A stretch of DNA of 64,000 nucleotides from positions 128,340,001-128,404,000 of the forward strand of contig NC_043000.1 of the NCBI RefSeq assembly GCF_006345805.1. Direction: 5' to 3'. The stretch is from Octopus sinensis (Eukaryota). The notes beneath the pieces are model-generated. The model was not told the origin of the DNA. It worked only from the letters and a program-made list of their open reading frames with translations, and did no database searches. Of the stretch, positions 1-11,883 are shown in pieces; position 1 is the stretch's first letter, and each line of letters opens with the position of its first letter. The position numbers and the translations under genes are program-made.

Positions 1-1209
1 TATTTCACAACATAAATTTATCTAAGATTTCAAACGTAACTTAATCTTAACTAGTTACCAATTCTTTAGAATGTGTTTCTTTTGTTTTTCATTTTTAATC
101 AGCAATTGTTTCTTTTAATCACCATCAATTATCTAAAACATTAGTAGTTATCTAAACTGACATATGTCTATGCAAGAAAATTGAGAATATAAATGCTAGG
201 ATAACATTGATAGGCTCTCCAAATGAGTTTTCATTTTAACTTACTGTGTGTACTACACTAGGTAGGAATGAACTGTATATGATTTATAATATAATATTTT
301 ATTAGCATTGAAAGAGATATTTATACTAAGTAGTTAGTTATTGTATTTTCGTACAAGAATTCTGAAAATGAGTTTCTTTAGTACGTTAGGTACAATTCAT
401 CTTTCATCGTTTGAAATCAATCCACCAGTGTGCCAAAGCTGACTTCTTTTCCATTGATCAAAGGATGAAACTGTCAAATCATCTGTATATTGCAGGTGAT
501 AAGTTTATATCTGAAATCATCAGATTCTCAAAACTATAGGAAAAATTCTATAGAAGGCAGATGAGAGTGTATAAGTACTCTGATATTCCCTTTGGCACTA
601 TCCACAGGTCCAAAATCTTCCCATCTGATTCTAGCAGTTACAGCTAGACTTCACAGAATAATAATGACTGTTTGTTTCAAGCGTTTATAGTGATCAATAT
701 ATTACTAAGATTTTAGAATGAATGAGTTAGTATCTAATAACATAAAAAAATAAATTATCTACACCTCTTCACAAAGGCTTTGCTATAAAGTGACTGGGAG
801 AGGATAGACCTGACAAAAAAAAAGTTTACTTGCTTTGATTACAAGATGATATGGTCAAGTTAATGAAAGAAATTTTGGGTGAAATGAAAGCGAAGTTCAG
901 ACAAATCAAAGTGAACAATGAAAGTGTTATTGCCTGAATTCTATTCCTCTCCAAGCCATTTAGAGCAAAGACCCAAACAAAAATGAAAACTGCAAAGTGC
1001 TACACTTGTTAAACTCAAACATGAACTTTATTTTTTTCCCTTCTCAGGAACACCACATACTAAATCTTGTCTTCACAGAGAAGAGTTCCAATAATATCAA
1101 TGTCAAGTAAAACAAAGTTACCTTTCTTGGTACTTGTGAATTTAATATGTAACTGTATATATATATAAATTTAGAAAGTAAGATGCATAACAAGATTTCA
1201 AATTTATGC

Positions 1210-1612
1210 AGTTCTGTGTATTTTCTATATAGGAAATATATGTATACATATCTAAATGCATATATATCCACACACAAGCATGTAAATAATGAACGTGAGT
1301 ATTTGTGGGTATGTGTGATTCTTTTGTATTGTTTAAAATGAATATACACTTGTATTTGTAAGAAATGTCTGTGTATGTATGTATATACAAATATTTATAC
1401 ACAAATATGTATATAAGTATGCATATATATATATATGTGTGTGTATGTATATACATGTACATATATACACACATACATATATATGTATATATGCATGTAT
1501 ATATGTGTGTGTGTGTGTGTATACACACACACACATAGAAAACATATATACAAATATATATGTGCGTGTGAATGAATATACAAAAGTATGTGAGTATGTG
1601 TGTGTGTATGCG

Positions 1613-1659
<47 letters not shown>

Positions 1660-1830
1660 ACACACATACACATACATATTTATATCTGTAAATATGCAGA
1701 GTGCGTGTTTTTGTATGCTTGTATGTGTATATACATGCAGTTATATCCTTATGTATACATATCCATATTTTTCTCATAATTTGTAGACCACACACACAGA
1801 CACACACACATGCATGCACACACACATATT
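1210..1830. repeat. Compound TA/CA/TG microsatellite-rich region downstream of the SPRED stop codon (possibly 3' UTR)
   Basis: Seen directly; it is the source of the 253-, 114-, 101- and 92-aa low-complexity ORFs. Confidence 0.9.
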
Positions 1831-2360
1831 TGTTTTTATGCTTCATCTCTTGCTTTTCAATATAATATTCTTTACTTAACTCTTTCAAATTAATCTTATA
1901 CATCCACTACCATGTAATTTCATTCAATTTTATTCCAAAATACCTTCTTCATTTCTTTACATACCAAATATCATCTTTATTTCTTTTACTCTGTTACTTA
2001 TTTATTTATTTATTGGGGGTGGGGGGAAATGCTTCTCTGTCTTCAACTTAAGAAATGGAGGAGGTAAAAAAATTACTCGCTTTTTCTCACACCTCACTCA
2101 ATTCTCTCTTTTGCTCTCTCTCACACTTTCAAATCATCCCATATTTTGTTTTATTTTCGTCTTTTCTGTAACATTGTATGTATGTGTGTGTAATTTTATA
2201 TATATATATATATATTAGCACATTCTATGTGGTCTTTGTTTCATTAAACAAGTGTTGATTCCACCTGCTAACATCATTTCCACAAGTGCATGTCCTACAC
2301 CCAAGTGTATAACTTACTGCTGTCACTGTATCAAGAATGTGGTGACAGCAGTAACCACTC

Positions 2361-3260
2361 TCAATGCTCCCCACCAGCAAGATGACGACCTCCACAGCAG
2401 CCAGACTTTTTGCCACACATATGGCAGCTAAACAGAGGCCAATAGCACCAGATGCATGGTAATAAAAAGGACAGAAATGTCAACATTGTCCATTTTTTAC
2501 AATTGTTATCGTCCTGAAAATCACAAATGCATGTATGTGTGTACTCCCCTTCTGTGTCTGACATACAGTGATAGATAACACCAGTTGCGCACGTGACACA
2601 GCTTACATGTTCAATGCAACTCTTTACTCGGTCAGGTGCATACTGACAGCTCCCTCTGGAGTTGTTTTCCACTGAGAAATTCTCTTGACAATATTTACAG
2701 GTGGACATCGGGCTGAGAAGCCTGTTTGATTGATGGTTTCCTTTCTGGCGATCTTTTTTCTTTTTGCTTTTCTCTGGCAATGGAGGACCATAACTACTGA
2801 CAGCATGCCGTTTGAGATCTGGAGGGTGGCGAACTATCTCAAGATTGGGATAGTGATAATCATGATTCTGGTGTTTGGAAAACGTGACATAAGAGTATCT
2901 GTCCGACATGCCAACATTGTCCGGCTCTAGAAGGGCAACTTCCGATTTCCCACTGATAGAGACAGGTTCATCTTTTATACAGTTATCATCTTTTCCAAAA
3001 CTGCTAGTCTCAATGCTGTCAGATTTGCTAAAGCTTTTTTCTTCACTTGGAGAGGAAGCTGGATTTGTACAAGGGGTGTGGAGGCTAGGTATGTAAATGT
3101 GATGCAAATGGTTTTTCGTATTTGAGTCGATGAAATGCTCATGCGTTGGTGATGTTGATGAGACAGGTGATGAACAGAGTGCTGGACTGCTAGTTGTTGT
3201 TGATGTGGTACTTGCAGACTGAGATGAGCTGTTTTTACGGTCAAGGGGAAGATCTATAGG
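2361..3260 (-). CDS. SPRED: SPRED terminal coding exon: Ser/Thr-rich linker, SYVxF...HDYxYP motif, basic patch and cysteine-rich Sprouty (SPR) domain; TGA stop at 2363-2361
   Basis: ORF 2361-3266. CKYCQENF...NSRGSCQYAPD...CIEHVSCVTCATGVIYHCMSDTEGEY...CICD...KWTMLTFLSFLLPCIWCYWPL..CHMCG..SGCCGGRH is a typical SPRED-type SPR domain. A polypyrimidine tract and acceptor (ttctttttcttcc...cactatgcag|CCT) put the exon start at 3260. Confidence 0.97.
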   Translation of the reverse strand, partial: PIDLPLDRKNSSSQSASTTSTTTSSPALCSSPVSSTSPTHEHFIDSNTKNHLHHIYIPSLHTPCTNPASSPSEEKSFSKSDSIETSSFGKDDNCIKDEPVSISGKSEVALLEPDNVGMSDRYSYVTFSKHQNHDYHYPNLEIVRHPPDLKRHAVSSYGPPLPEKSKKKKDRQKGNHQSNRLLSPMSTCKYCQENFSVENNSRGSCQYAPDRVKSCIEHVSCVTCATGVIYHCMSDTEGEYTHTCICDFQDDNNCKKWTMLTFLSFLLPCIWCYWPLFSCHMCGKKSGCCGGRHLAGGEH

Positions 3261-4003
3261 CTGCATAGTGTTTCAACAATGCAGTGGAAGAAAAAGAGAA
3301 AAAAAAGAAAAATTTAGCAACAGGCATTTAAAAGTAAAACAAACACAACAAAACATAAAACCTTAATAAAAAACCACAATAATACACAAATATATCGCCA
3401 CTTATTTTACCCCAACTTTTCTACAAAGTGCCATCAAATCTCTAGTCCAATCCTCATTCATCCTTCAATTTAATCATCCCCTGCCCTACCCCATATATAA
3501 CCATCCAGTTCTTTTGCTCCCAGTGCCCTTCCTAACACCTAACATCACCATCTTTACCTTTCTTTAATTACCTCCACCCACTCTTGTATAATACAAGTAG
3601 CCATGCAGCTTCTCAAAAATAAGAAACCAGTTCTGACCGCTTCCTTCATGCCTTATACCTTTCATCACATTATATAAAGCTGCTTAACCTCTTCACTGTA
3701 GTTCCACTCAGATGAAGTGGCACTTAGTCTTCTGAGTCGCATGGCAACTTCACTAGTGCTGGTGTCATGAAAAATGCACCCAGTTCACTCTGTGGAGAGT
3801 TTGGCTTTAGGAATGGCATCCAGTTGTAAAAAGTATGTCAACAACAACATTGGAACACAATGCAGTGTGGAAGATGGATATTAACAGATGATGATGATGA
3901 TGTCAAAAACTGCTTAGAACAATGCAGTATATATCATCATCATATTTCACTATTCTTGACCTAACTGTTACCATACATATATATATGTGTGTGTGTGCGT
4001 ATG

Positions 4004-4039
<36 letters not shown>

Positions 4040-5649
4040 ATATATATACTTATATATGTATGTATGCACACATACACACACACAGAAGAATGATTTCTCA
4101 TTGCCTCCTCTACAAAGCATAAAACCAGAAAAGTTCAAGAGCAGCAGAACATTATTGTGATATCAAAAGATTCCCTATGTGCTTTAACACTGAGCAATTT
4201 ACAGTGGAATATAACTGACAGTATTGCCATGACACTGACCGTATGGGGCTTCTCACAACTGCACATGCCAAATAGGGATAATGAAATGCATGTATGTAGG
4301 GTATATAGTCAATGGAATAACAGACACAGATTAGAAGGTAAAACAAACTAAAATAAGATTTAAACTCAGAATGTATACAGATTCAACTAAATACTTACTC
4401 AAGCATTTAATAGATGTTGGGTCATAGGGCAACCCCAATTAAGTAAGCAATGGTTAAATGCATTCCATGATCATCTCACTTTTTTTATGAGTATGTAAGA
4501 CTGTGTATGTCAATGCTGTCTTTCCTTATACAACAAAATTGGGGATGATTTGGAGATTTAGTTGCTATTTCTAGCAGGTCAAGCAACTATGTAAAATTCC
4601 CTTGATGGTTCATATGGTGCTGGGGTAAAATATTGATGCACTTTGAGCCAATGTGTAAGGTTCTATGCAAACATATGCTCTGCTACAAGTAGCAGCCAAC
4701 TAACTCACAAAAGCCTTAAAAACGAAGGGCACATTGGGTAATTAATGTGATCTTGGAAGTGGTAAAAGCTAGAAAACTTTAATTTATAACAACAGCAGCA
4801 GCTGCATTAATCAAAATACTAATGCTGAGCATATTGCACTGGGACAGAACATACTGTACTTGGTTACTACTGTGGTCAGCAGTACAACAAGGCAATTTCC
4901 AAGTTTGTACAATGAAGGAGAATAAATTCCATGCAACATACAATATTTGTACCTGTTAGCATGGTTTTGGAATGAGATTTTATTTGAGGCAGGATTATCT
5001 TACAGCTGGATGTTCTTCCTGCCTGTTTCTTTTTTTTTTTTCAAGTAAGGGATTTCTTTATTCCACAGGTCTTCAAACATGCAAAATGACCAGCCATAAT
5101 GTGTACAAGAATGTCAACATCAGTGGATAAGTGTGGAATATATAATCACTGATACACATTTGTGTATGCATGCATACACACTGGTCTTCCTAGAGTTTCC
5201 CTCAACCAAATTCCCTCACATGGCATTGGCTGGCTGTAGTGCAAAATACTTAAGGTACCACACAGTGGGACTAAAACCTGAAACCATCTGCTAGTGAGAT
5301 GAACTTCTTAACCATGCAGCCATGCCTATTACAGTATAATTATTTTGAGTAAGCTTTTTAATGCTCACTTCATTAAATAAGCTAACAGTAATTTAATTAT
5401 AGAAAATCAGTCATAAGTTCATTTACAGCCACAGGTATTGTGCCGAATCACTGATGAAAGCATCCAGCTCTAGTCGTGAAACTGCACTAATTTTCTAATT
5501 CGGCTGTACACACACTTCTGGATCACACTGATACAACAGCTGGTTCAAAGCAGGTGGTTAAAGACCATGCTTACTACTGAAGAAGACCCAAACCCTCAAT
5601 ATCTACAAAAATGATCAGCTAGGTTAGCTTGTTTTGACTGATAACTTAC
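3261..5649 (-). other. SPRED: 2,389-nt GT-AG intron of SPRED before the terminal exon
   Basis: GTAAGT donor at 5649 and CAG acceptor ending at 3261; phase 0. Confidence 0.88.
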
Positions 5650-5702
5650 CTCAAATACATCATCATCTCCCTCTAAAGTAATGTTGGAAGGATCCACAGA
5701 AC
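5650..5702 (-). CDS. SPRED: SPRED 53-nt coding microexon (G)SVDPSNITLEGDDDVFE (phase 1 start, phase 0 end); below the ORF-track cutoff
   Basis: Acceptor is ttttctgcttttccatttcag|GT and donor is TTTGAG|gtaagt. Its phases bridge the EVH1 exon (ends phase 1) and the last exon (starts phase 0) exactly. The GDDDVF motif matches what I recall of the vertebrate SPRED2 post-EVH1 exon (ELGDDDVF). Confidence 0.92.
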
Positions 5703-7604
5703 CTGAAATGGAAAAGCAGAAAACAATTTCATATTAAGATTCTTAAAGGCAGAAGTTAATAAAAATGTTTTTATTGAATAAATAAAAAGAAGAAAAATGG
5801 ATAACAACTGCAAAGGATTAAAACAAAAAAGTTGTTGCAAGTATTTCCTGTAAATTAATTAATAATAGCAATCTTTTATAGCCCCCCACCCCCGCCACCA
5901 CCAAAAAAAACCATGTTAGCTATAAATTATTACAATCTTCTGAAAAATATCTGGTATTTTCTTTCCTGGAATTGCAGCCCTTTAGAACCTTCTGGAACTC
6001 TCAGGAACTTCTTTTCTGTCAGCATTTTTCTCCCACATCAATACCAAAAGTCTTGAGGTTTGACTTGGCTCTACCCAAAATAAATAAATTAACCATGATA
6101 TTACAGGTACTTTGTGGATGCAGGATAACTGAATAGTTAAGTTTGGTTTGCAGTTGTGAGGTCCTTGGTTCAGTCTCCCTGCATGATATTTTGAAGATTA
6201 CGTTAACAGTAAATGTTTCTGTAGAATACTCAACCACTTACATACAGATTCAGTTGATCACAGGAAAGAATCTGTATGTCAAAACCTACAAAGATCCATT
6301 TATGTCATCATGGTGGTTTCAACATCCACTTTTTGATGCTTGCATGGATTAAAGAAAATTCATTTCGGCAGATTTTCTATGGCTGGATGCTTTTCCTGTC
6401 ACCAAACCTCATCTGTCCTAAGGTAATATTCCCCCTAGTCCTTCCAACATCAACAACACATTTGCCACACATAATTTTACAGAAAAGTGCAAATAAATGA
6501 CACCATTTGTATAACAGTGAAATTTGTTTACACATAATGTGTGTGGATGTCAAGACAAACATGAATGCATATACACACATGCACATATAAACATTTATAC
6601 ATACATATAAGGTGGGCTTCTTTCAGTTGTTGAGAAGCAAACTTCCTTACTTTATTACCCATTCTGTTGAAATATACTTTCTTTGTTTTAGTTAATTTTG
6701 AAAATAATGAATTTAGTAAATGCTGCTTAACTCTAGTTAAACAAACTTATGATCAAAGGCATTCCAACAATGACCATCCTGTCTTTTTAGGATTATTTAG
6801 GATTACATGGCTTAATATGTTCCTTTTCATCATTTTTTTTTTCAAAAGAGAAGGATGTGATTTGTAAAAGATTTGACAGCTATTTCTAGCAGATAAAGCA
6901 ATCATACAGAGAGCCCCTCTTTGGCTTATATTATGGGTAGTGAAGTATGATGATATATCTGATATAACCTTTCTTACTTTTTTTTTTTTTTTTGCTATTG
7001 ATACCCCAACAGAGCAGCATCTTATCAGTGCCATGCAGGATGACACTATAGAGCTGATGTCAATGCATACACTATACAACTGATGTCAGTTCTTTTTTTT
7101 TTGGCTGGTTTTAAATGTCAGCCAATAGGGGTTTTTTAAATGTCAACTCATTAACAAGAAAATTCAGTCAAATAACCAACTTCAAACTAACTATAGTACA
7201 CATAGTTCTCCCACCGTAGACCAATACATATACTTCATCATACTGTGAATCAACCTACTTCTGCATGACACATTGTGCTGTGCAGTTCTAGAAGAGACTT
7301 CTACTAATTATCATTACATCTTTCATTCAACAGAAGAGGTAAGAATAACAAAGAGAGATTAATTAGTTTTTGCTTAATTTGAATCTTCAGAGGCACAGGC
7401 ATGGCTGTGCAGATAAGAAATTTGGTTTCCCAACCACATCAATTTTGGTTTCAGCCACACCGTGTGGCATCTTAGTTTTCTACTGTAGCTCCATGGCAAC
7501 TGAAGTTTTCTGAGTGGATTTTACAGATGGAAACTGGAAGAAGCTTGAATAAGGTGCAGGCGTGGCTGAGAGGTAAGAGGCTTGCTTCTCAACCACATTA
7601 TATA

Positions 7605-7780
7605 TACATATAAAGGGAGAATTCACAAAAAAAAACAAAACAAAACAAAAGACAAAGACAGGTGGTGTAGACAACAAACAGAGATATATTAGTATAATGC
7701 TCGGGAAGTGAAAAAGTCTTTAACATTTCGAGCCTACGCTCTTCCACAGAAAAGAACATAGAAAGAAACTAGGAGAGAAA
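7605..7780 (-). mobile_element. Probable Penelope-like element terminal fragment carrying a degenerate hammerhead-like motif
   Basis: The minus strand reads TCTTTT-CTGTGGA-A-GAGC-GTAG-GCTC-GAAA-TGTT-AAAGAC. It directly follows a truncated family-B head at 7556-7600. Confidence 0.45.
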
Positions 7781-7793
7781 TATATATATCTAT

Positions 7794-7838
<45 letters not shown>

Positions 7839-8809
7839 TCATCATCATCACCATCACTACCATCATCATCATCATCATGGTTTAACGTCCGTTTTTCATG
7901 CTAGTATGGGTTATATGTATATGTGTGTGTGTGAGTGTGTGTGTGTTCATGTCACCACAACTCAGCGGTTCAGCAAAACTGACTGATAGAATAAGTACTA
8001 GGTTAAAAAAAAAAGGGTCCTGGAGTCAATTTGTTCATCTAAAAACCCTTGAAGGCAGTGCTCCAGCATGGCTGCTGTCAAATGACTGAAACAAAAGAAT
8101 AAAAGAAAGACTATATGTATGTGAGTTTGTATTTCTCTCACATTTGTTTACAGTCCACGATAAAAGCATGTCCAGGTTGTTTGTTGTTTGATGATAGACT
8201 GTTGAGATCATTACCTCACTTGGAAACAAGCAAGGTTGGCAACACTTATAAATAAATAAAGCTGACCATAAGAAAACTCCACTGAAATGTACTCTGGTCT
8301 GATCCATGGATAAATTGACGCTAAAACAATGATGACAGTGATAGTGATGATGATCTGGGATTCCCTTCCTACCTATTTTTTTCCTTGTAACCATCACCTG
8401 TGAGTGTCGGAATTGATGAGTGATTAACAAGTTTATTTTGCTACCATAAATCCCAGGCTCACTACCATGTAGCAAATATTTCATGCTTTTAGTTTCCATA
8501 TCTTTGTATCAGATTTTGATGATGGGAAAGTTTTTTTTTGTTTTTTTTATTGAGTAGGCAGCCATTCAGTTTTGGATATGTTCTTATGTTTTGAATAAAG
8601 TAACCCTAGTCTTGTGCCTAAAATAACAATAAAGTAGTCATGACTGGAAGGACCTCAATCTCAAAAGATGAAGGCAAAGTAGACTCTTGTTTGATTTGAA
8701 TACTGAATTTTATAGGGACTTTTAATTAAGTAAAAGAAGGCATTTAGTTTGTTGCTTGATGGTTTCTGTTTACTCACCAATCCTCTCATAATGATATTTA
8801 TTTAGTAAT

Positions 8810-9700
8810 GATTGTTTCAAATTTAGCACAAGGCCAGAAGGTTCAGGGGTGGGGGTAATTCAATTACACTGGTCCTAGTGATCAATTTGGTACTTATTTT
8901 ATTGACACCCAACAAAAAATGAAAGACAAAATCAACCTTGGCAAAATTTGAACTTAGAATGGAAAGATGTCAAAATGCCCAGTGTGTTAGCAATTCAGTC
9001 AGCTCGCCACTTTTATTTAGTAATAATCCTTTCTTCTATAGGCACAAGGCCTGGAATTTGAGGGAGGGGGATAATCAATAACATCGACCCAGTGTTTTAC
9101 TGGTACTTAATTTATTGACCCCAAAAGGATGAAAGGCAAAGTAGACCTTGGCAGAATTTGAACTCACAACGTTGCAACAGGCGAAATACAGCTAAGCATT
9201 TCGTCCAGTGTGCTAGCGATTCTGCCAGCTCACCGCCTTTTTATTTAGTAATAATGTTAACAATAGTTTCTGATTTAGACACAAGGCCAACAATTTTGAG
9301 GGGAGGGGTTTAGTTGATATCATCAACTCTAGTAGTTGATTAGTACTTTATTTTATCAACACTGAAAAGATGAAAAGCAAAATTGACCTGGGTGGGATTT
9401 GAACTCAGGATGCTGAATCAACTACCAAAAAAATATTCTAACGACTCTGCCAATAATAATACTCGAATTTTGCATAGGAACAAAGGCTTGAAATTTGAGG
9501 GGTGGTTATTAAGAGAAATCATTGACAGTACTTGCTTGACACCTTATTTTATTGACGTCAGAGGGATAAAAAATAAAGCTAACGTGGGTAGTATTTGAAC
9601 TAAAAATCAAAAGAAATATTGCAAGAAATTTTGTGCCACGTTCTAACGATTCTGCCAATCCAACGCCTTCAATAACTGTTTCGAACCCTAACATGGGCAC
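8810..9700 (-). repeat. Head-to-tail array of about 4 degraded family-A SINE copies
   Basis: Recurrent units containing ggcacaaggcc..aatttgaggg.., atgaaaggcaaagtagacc, gaatttgaactca and gattctgcca at roughly 210-230-bp spacing. Confidence 0.8.
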
Positions 9701-9720
9701 AAGAATAACAATTTGAGGGA

Positions 9721-9947
9721 CGAGCTGGCAAAAACGTTAGCAAGCCGGGCGAAATGCTTAGCAGTATTTCGTCTGCCGATACGTTCTGAGTTCAAATTCC
9801 GCCGAGGTCGACTTTGCCTTTCATCCTATCCAGGGTCGATTAAATAAGTACCAGTTACGCACTGGGGTCGATGTAATCGACTTAATCCGTTTGTCCGTCC
9901 TCGTTTGTCCCTTCTATGTTTAGCCCCCTGTGTGCAGTAAAGAAATA
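9721..9947 (+). mobile_element. Young SINE (family A) with a perfect 17-bp TSD, inserted into an older antisense copy of the same family
   Basis: tRNA-like head (..CGAGCTGGCA...GTTCTGAGTTCAAATTCC) and central GCCTTTCATCC...GGTCGATTAAATAAGTACCAG domain. That domain resembles, from memory, the conserved cores of Deu/Nin- or Meta-type SINE superfamilies; I cannot say which. TSD AATAACAATTTGAGGGA at 9704-9720 and 9948-9964. Confidence 0.88.
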
Positions 9948-11682
9948 AATAACAATTTGAGGGAAAGTGTTTGTCGATTACATTGACATAGTACTTTACT
10001 GGTACTTGAAACCAGTGGAGATGAATCTGTGAGATTTTTTTAAAACTCAGAACGTATTATAGCCGTGGATATAACAATTTCTAACATGAAAATCGTAATA
10101 ATTTTCGATATCGTGCAACGATGAATTCTACAAATGTTTGACGTCTATAACCTTCAGACTTGCTGTCTAACTTTGTATTATTCAGGCAAAATTTCCCTGA
10201 CGGTAGAATTTTTAAGGAATAAGTATTGCTAAGGAAAATAACTCAACCGGCTTGATAGGATGAATTTGGGTAAATAGTGATGTACTGAATGGCGCAGTCA
10301 AAAGAAAATACTCGTTTCCTTCTCAGAGCGAAACCTACATATAAGCAGTCATACCACCACCACCACCGTTGCCACAAGCTAACAAGAGAGCTTCTATGCG
10401 ATCGTTCTAACCGCTAGAAATAGTAACCGAATCTCTTTCAAACCATACTCAACTGTCTTGGAAAAGAAATAGACATATTAGATAATGTAGTCTTCTATAG
10501 TCCTAAAAGACGGGATGGCCACATCTGGAACGAGCTGATCTAGGTCTAAACATTCATAACAGCAACATCATTCTTGGTGTATAACTACATAGTTTTCTGT
10601 TAAATGTCACAATCAAAGTCAGTGAAAAGCAGAGTAATCCGTAGTTACTTCCCTTAACTATGTCCTGAGAAATACTGATACAGAGGGATAGAAGACGAGA
10701 GAGGGGGAGAGAGTGAAAGAGAGAGAGAGAAAGGAAGACAGGATGAAACAAAGACAGAGAATGAGATAAAGAAAGGAAGATAGAGTGAAAGAAAGAGAAA
10801 AAGAGAGATAGAGTAAAGAAGACAAGGTAAAAGGCAGAGAATAAGAGAGACAGAATGAAAGAAAGACAGGCACAGAGACAGGTGTGAAGATGGAGAAAGA
10901 GGTGAGAGGGGGAAAGAAAGCCATAAGGAGGTGGTAGCGGAGAGGCTGGGAGAACTCATTCAGTACGGTATGACTAATTTTCTCCGGGTACCAGGTCAGA
11001 GCTCTGGTAGTTTTCAAGAGGTAGGAGGGCTATTTTCAGACTGTAACTAGGTAGACACCTACCTACCTAGAAAGCTTCTTGTCTAGCTGTTTACATTTCT
11101 CTCGATACTTTCACAGACAGAATACGCATACACAGACAAGCATATATATATATATTTAACAATTCACATACTCAGAAACAGATCATACATAATTATTAAA
11201 CGCATACTTCACACACACACACACACACACACAGATACTGTACTGTTCGTTTGTTGACAGGATCAGCAAAAAAATAAAAACCTACTTAATTTTCCTGAGT
11301 GACCCATAACTTCTGTATTGAATGATATGTATGCGTATGTGTATATACAATCACACAGGTGAACTTCTACATACATTAACCGAACACACTGACAACGCAC
11401 ACGCTCATCTATGCGCGCTTGCGCGAAGTTAAGTCTGTGCCGAACCGACAGGCCCATATACAGCGGAGTCTATAGTCCGTTGCTCAAGAACAGAATGCAC
11501 CGCCTGGTTGGGTAATCGAACCTACAAACTGATGATCGTGAGCTCAACAACCTAGACATTAGGCTATACACATACACACTATGTGTATGTTCCCGCGGAA
11601 CCAAATCTGCGACTCGGGTTCGGTTCCCTGTCACAACTTACTCTTCTAAACCCATCAAACTTCAAGTGCAAGGTCTCTAGCC

Positions 11683-11883
11683 CAGTGGTTTTCAACCAGG
11701 TTTCCGCCAGTACAGTCCAGGGGTTCCGCAAGAAGTTACAAAACTGCTAAGATCGGCAGTAATTTTTAATTCTCCTGTGCAGATATGTGTGCATATAACT
11801 ATTAAATTATTGCACAGGGGTTCCTCGAGCCAGTGGAATGTTTCATTGGGGTTCCGCTCCAGCAAAAAGTTTGAAAAGCACTG
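11683..11883. mobile_element. hAT-superfamily MITE (201 bp) with a perfect 8-bp TSD
   Basis: Left TIR CAGTGGTTTTCAA and right end TTGAAAAGCACTG. CTCTAGCC flanks both sides (11675-11682, 11884-11891). An 8-bp TSD with CAG termini is characteristic of hAT (Charlie-like) elements. Confidence 0.9.

Noticed and set aside
1025-1110. Strong plus-strand acceptor (ttttttcccttctcag) that could mark the last exon of a convergent neighbouring gene
   Set aside because: All three frames stop within 20 codons, and no upstream plus-strand exon is identifiable in the window.
1044-1903. ORFs of 253, 114, 101 and 92 aa
   Set aside because: They are CA/TA/TG microsatellite translations with no domain content.
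8035-8499. 154-aa minus-strand ORF, the longest non-microsatellite ORF besides SPRED
   Set aside because: It runs through SINE fragments and simple repeats, has no recognisable domain, and has no splice context compatible with SPRED.
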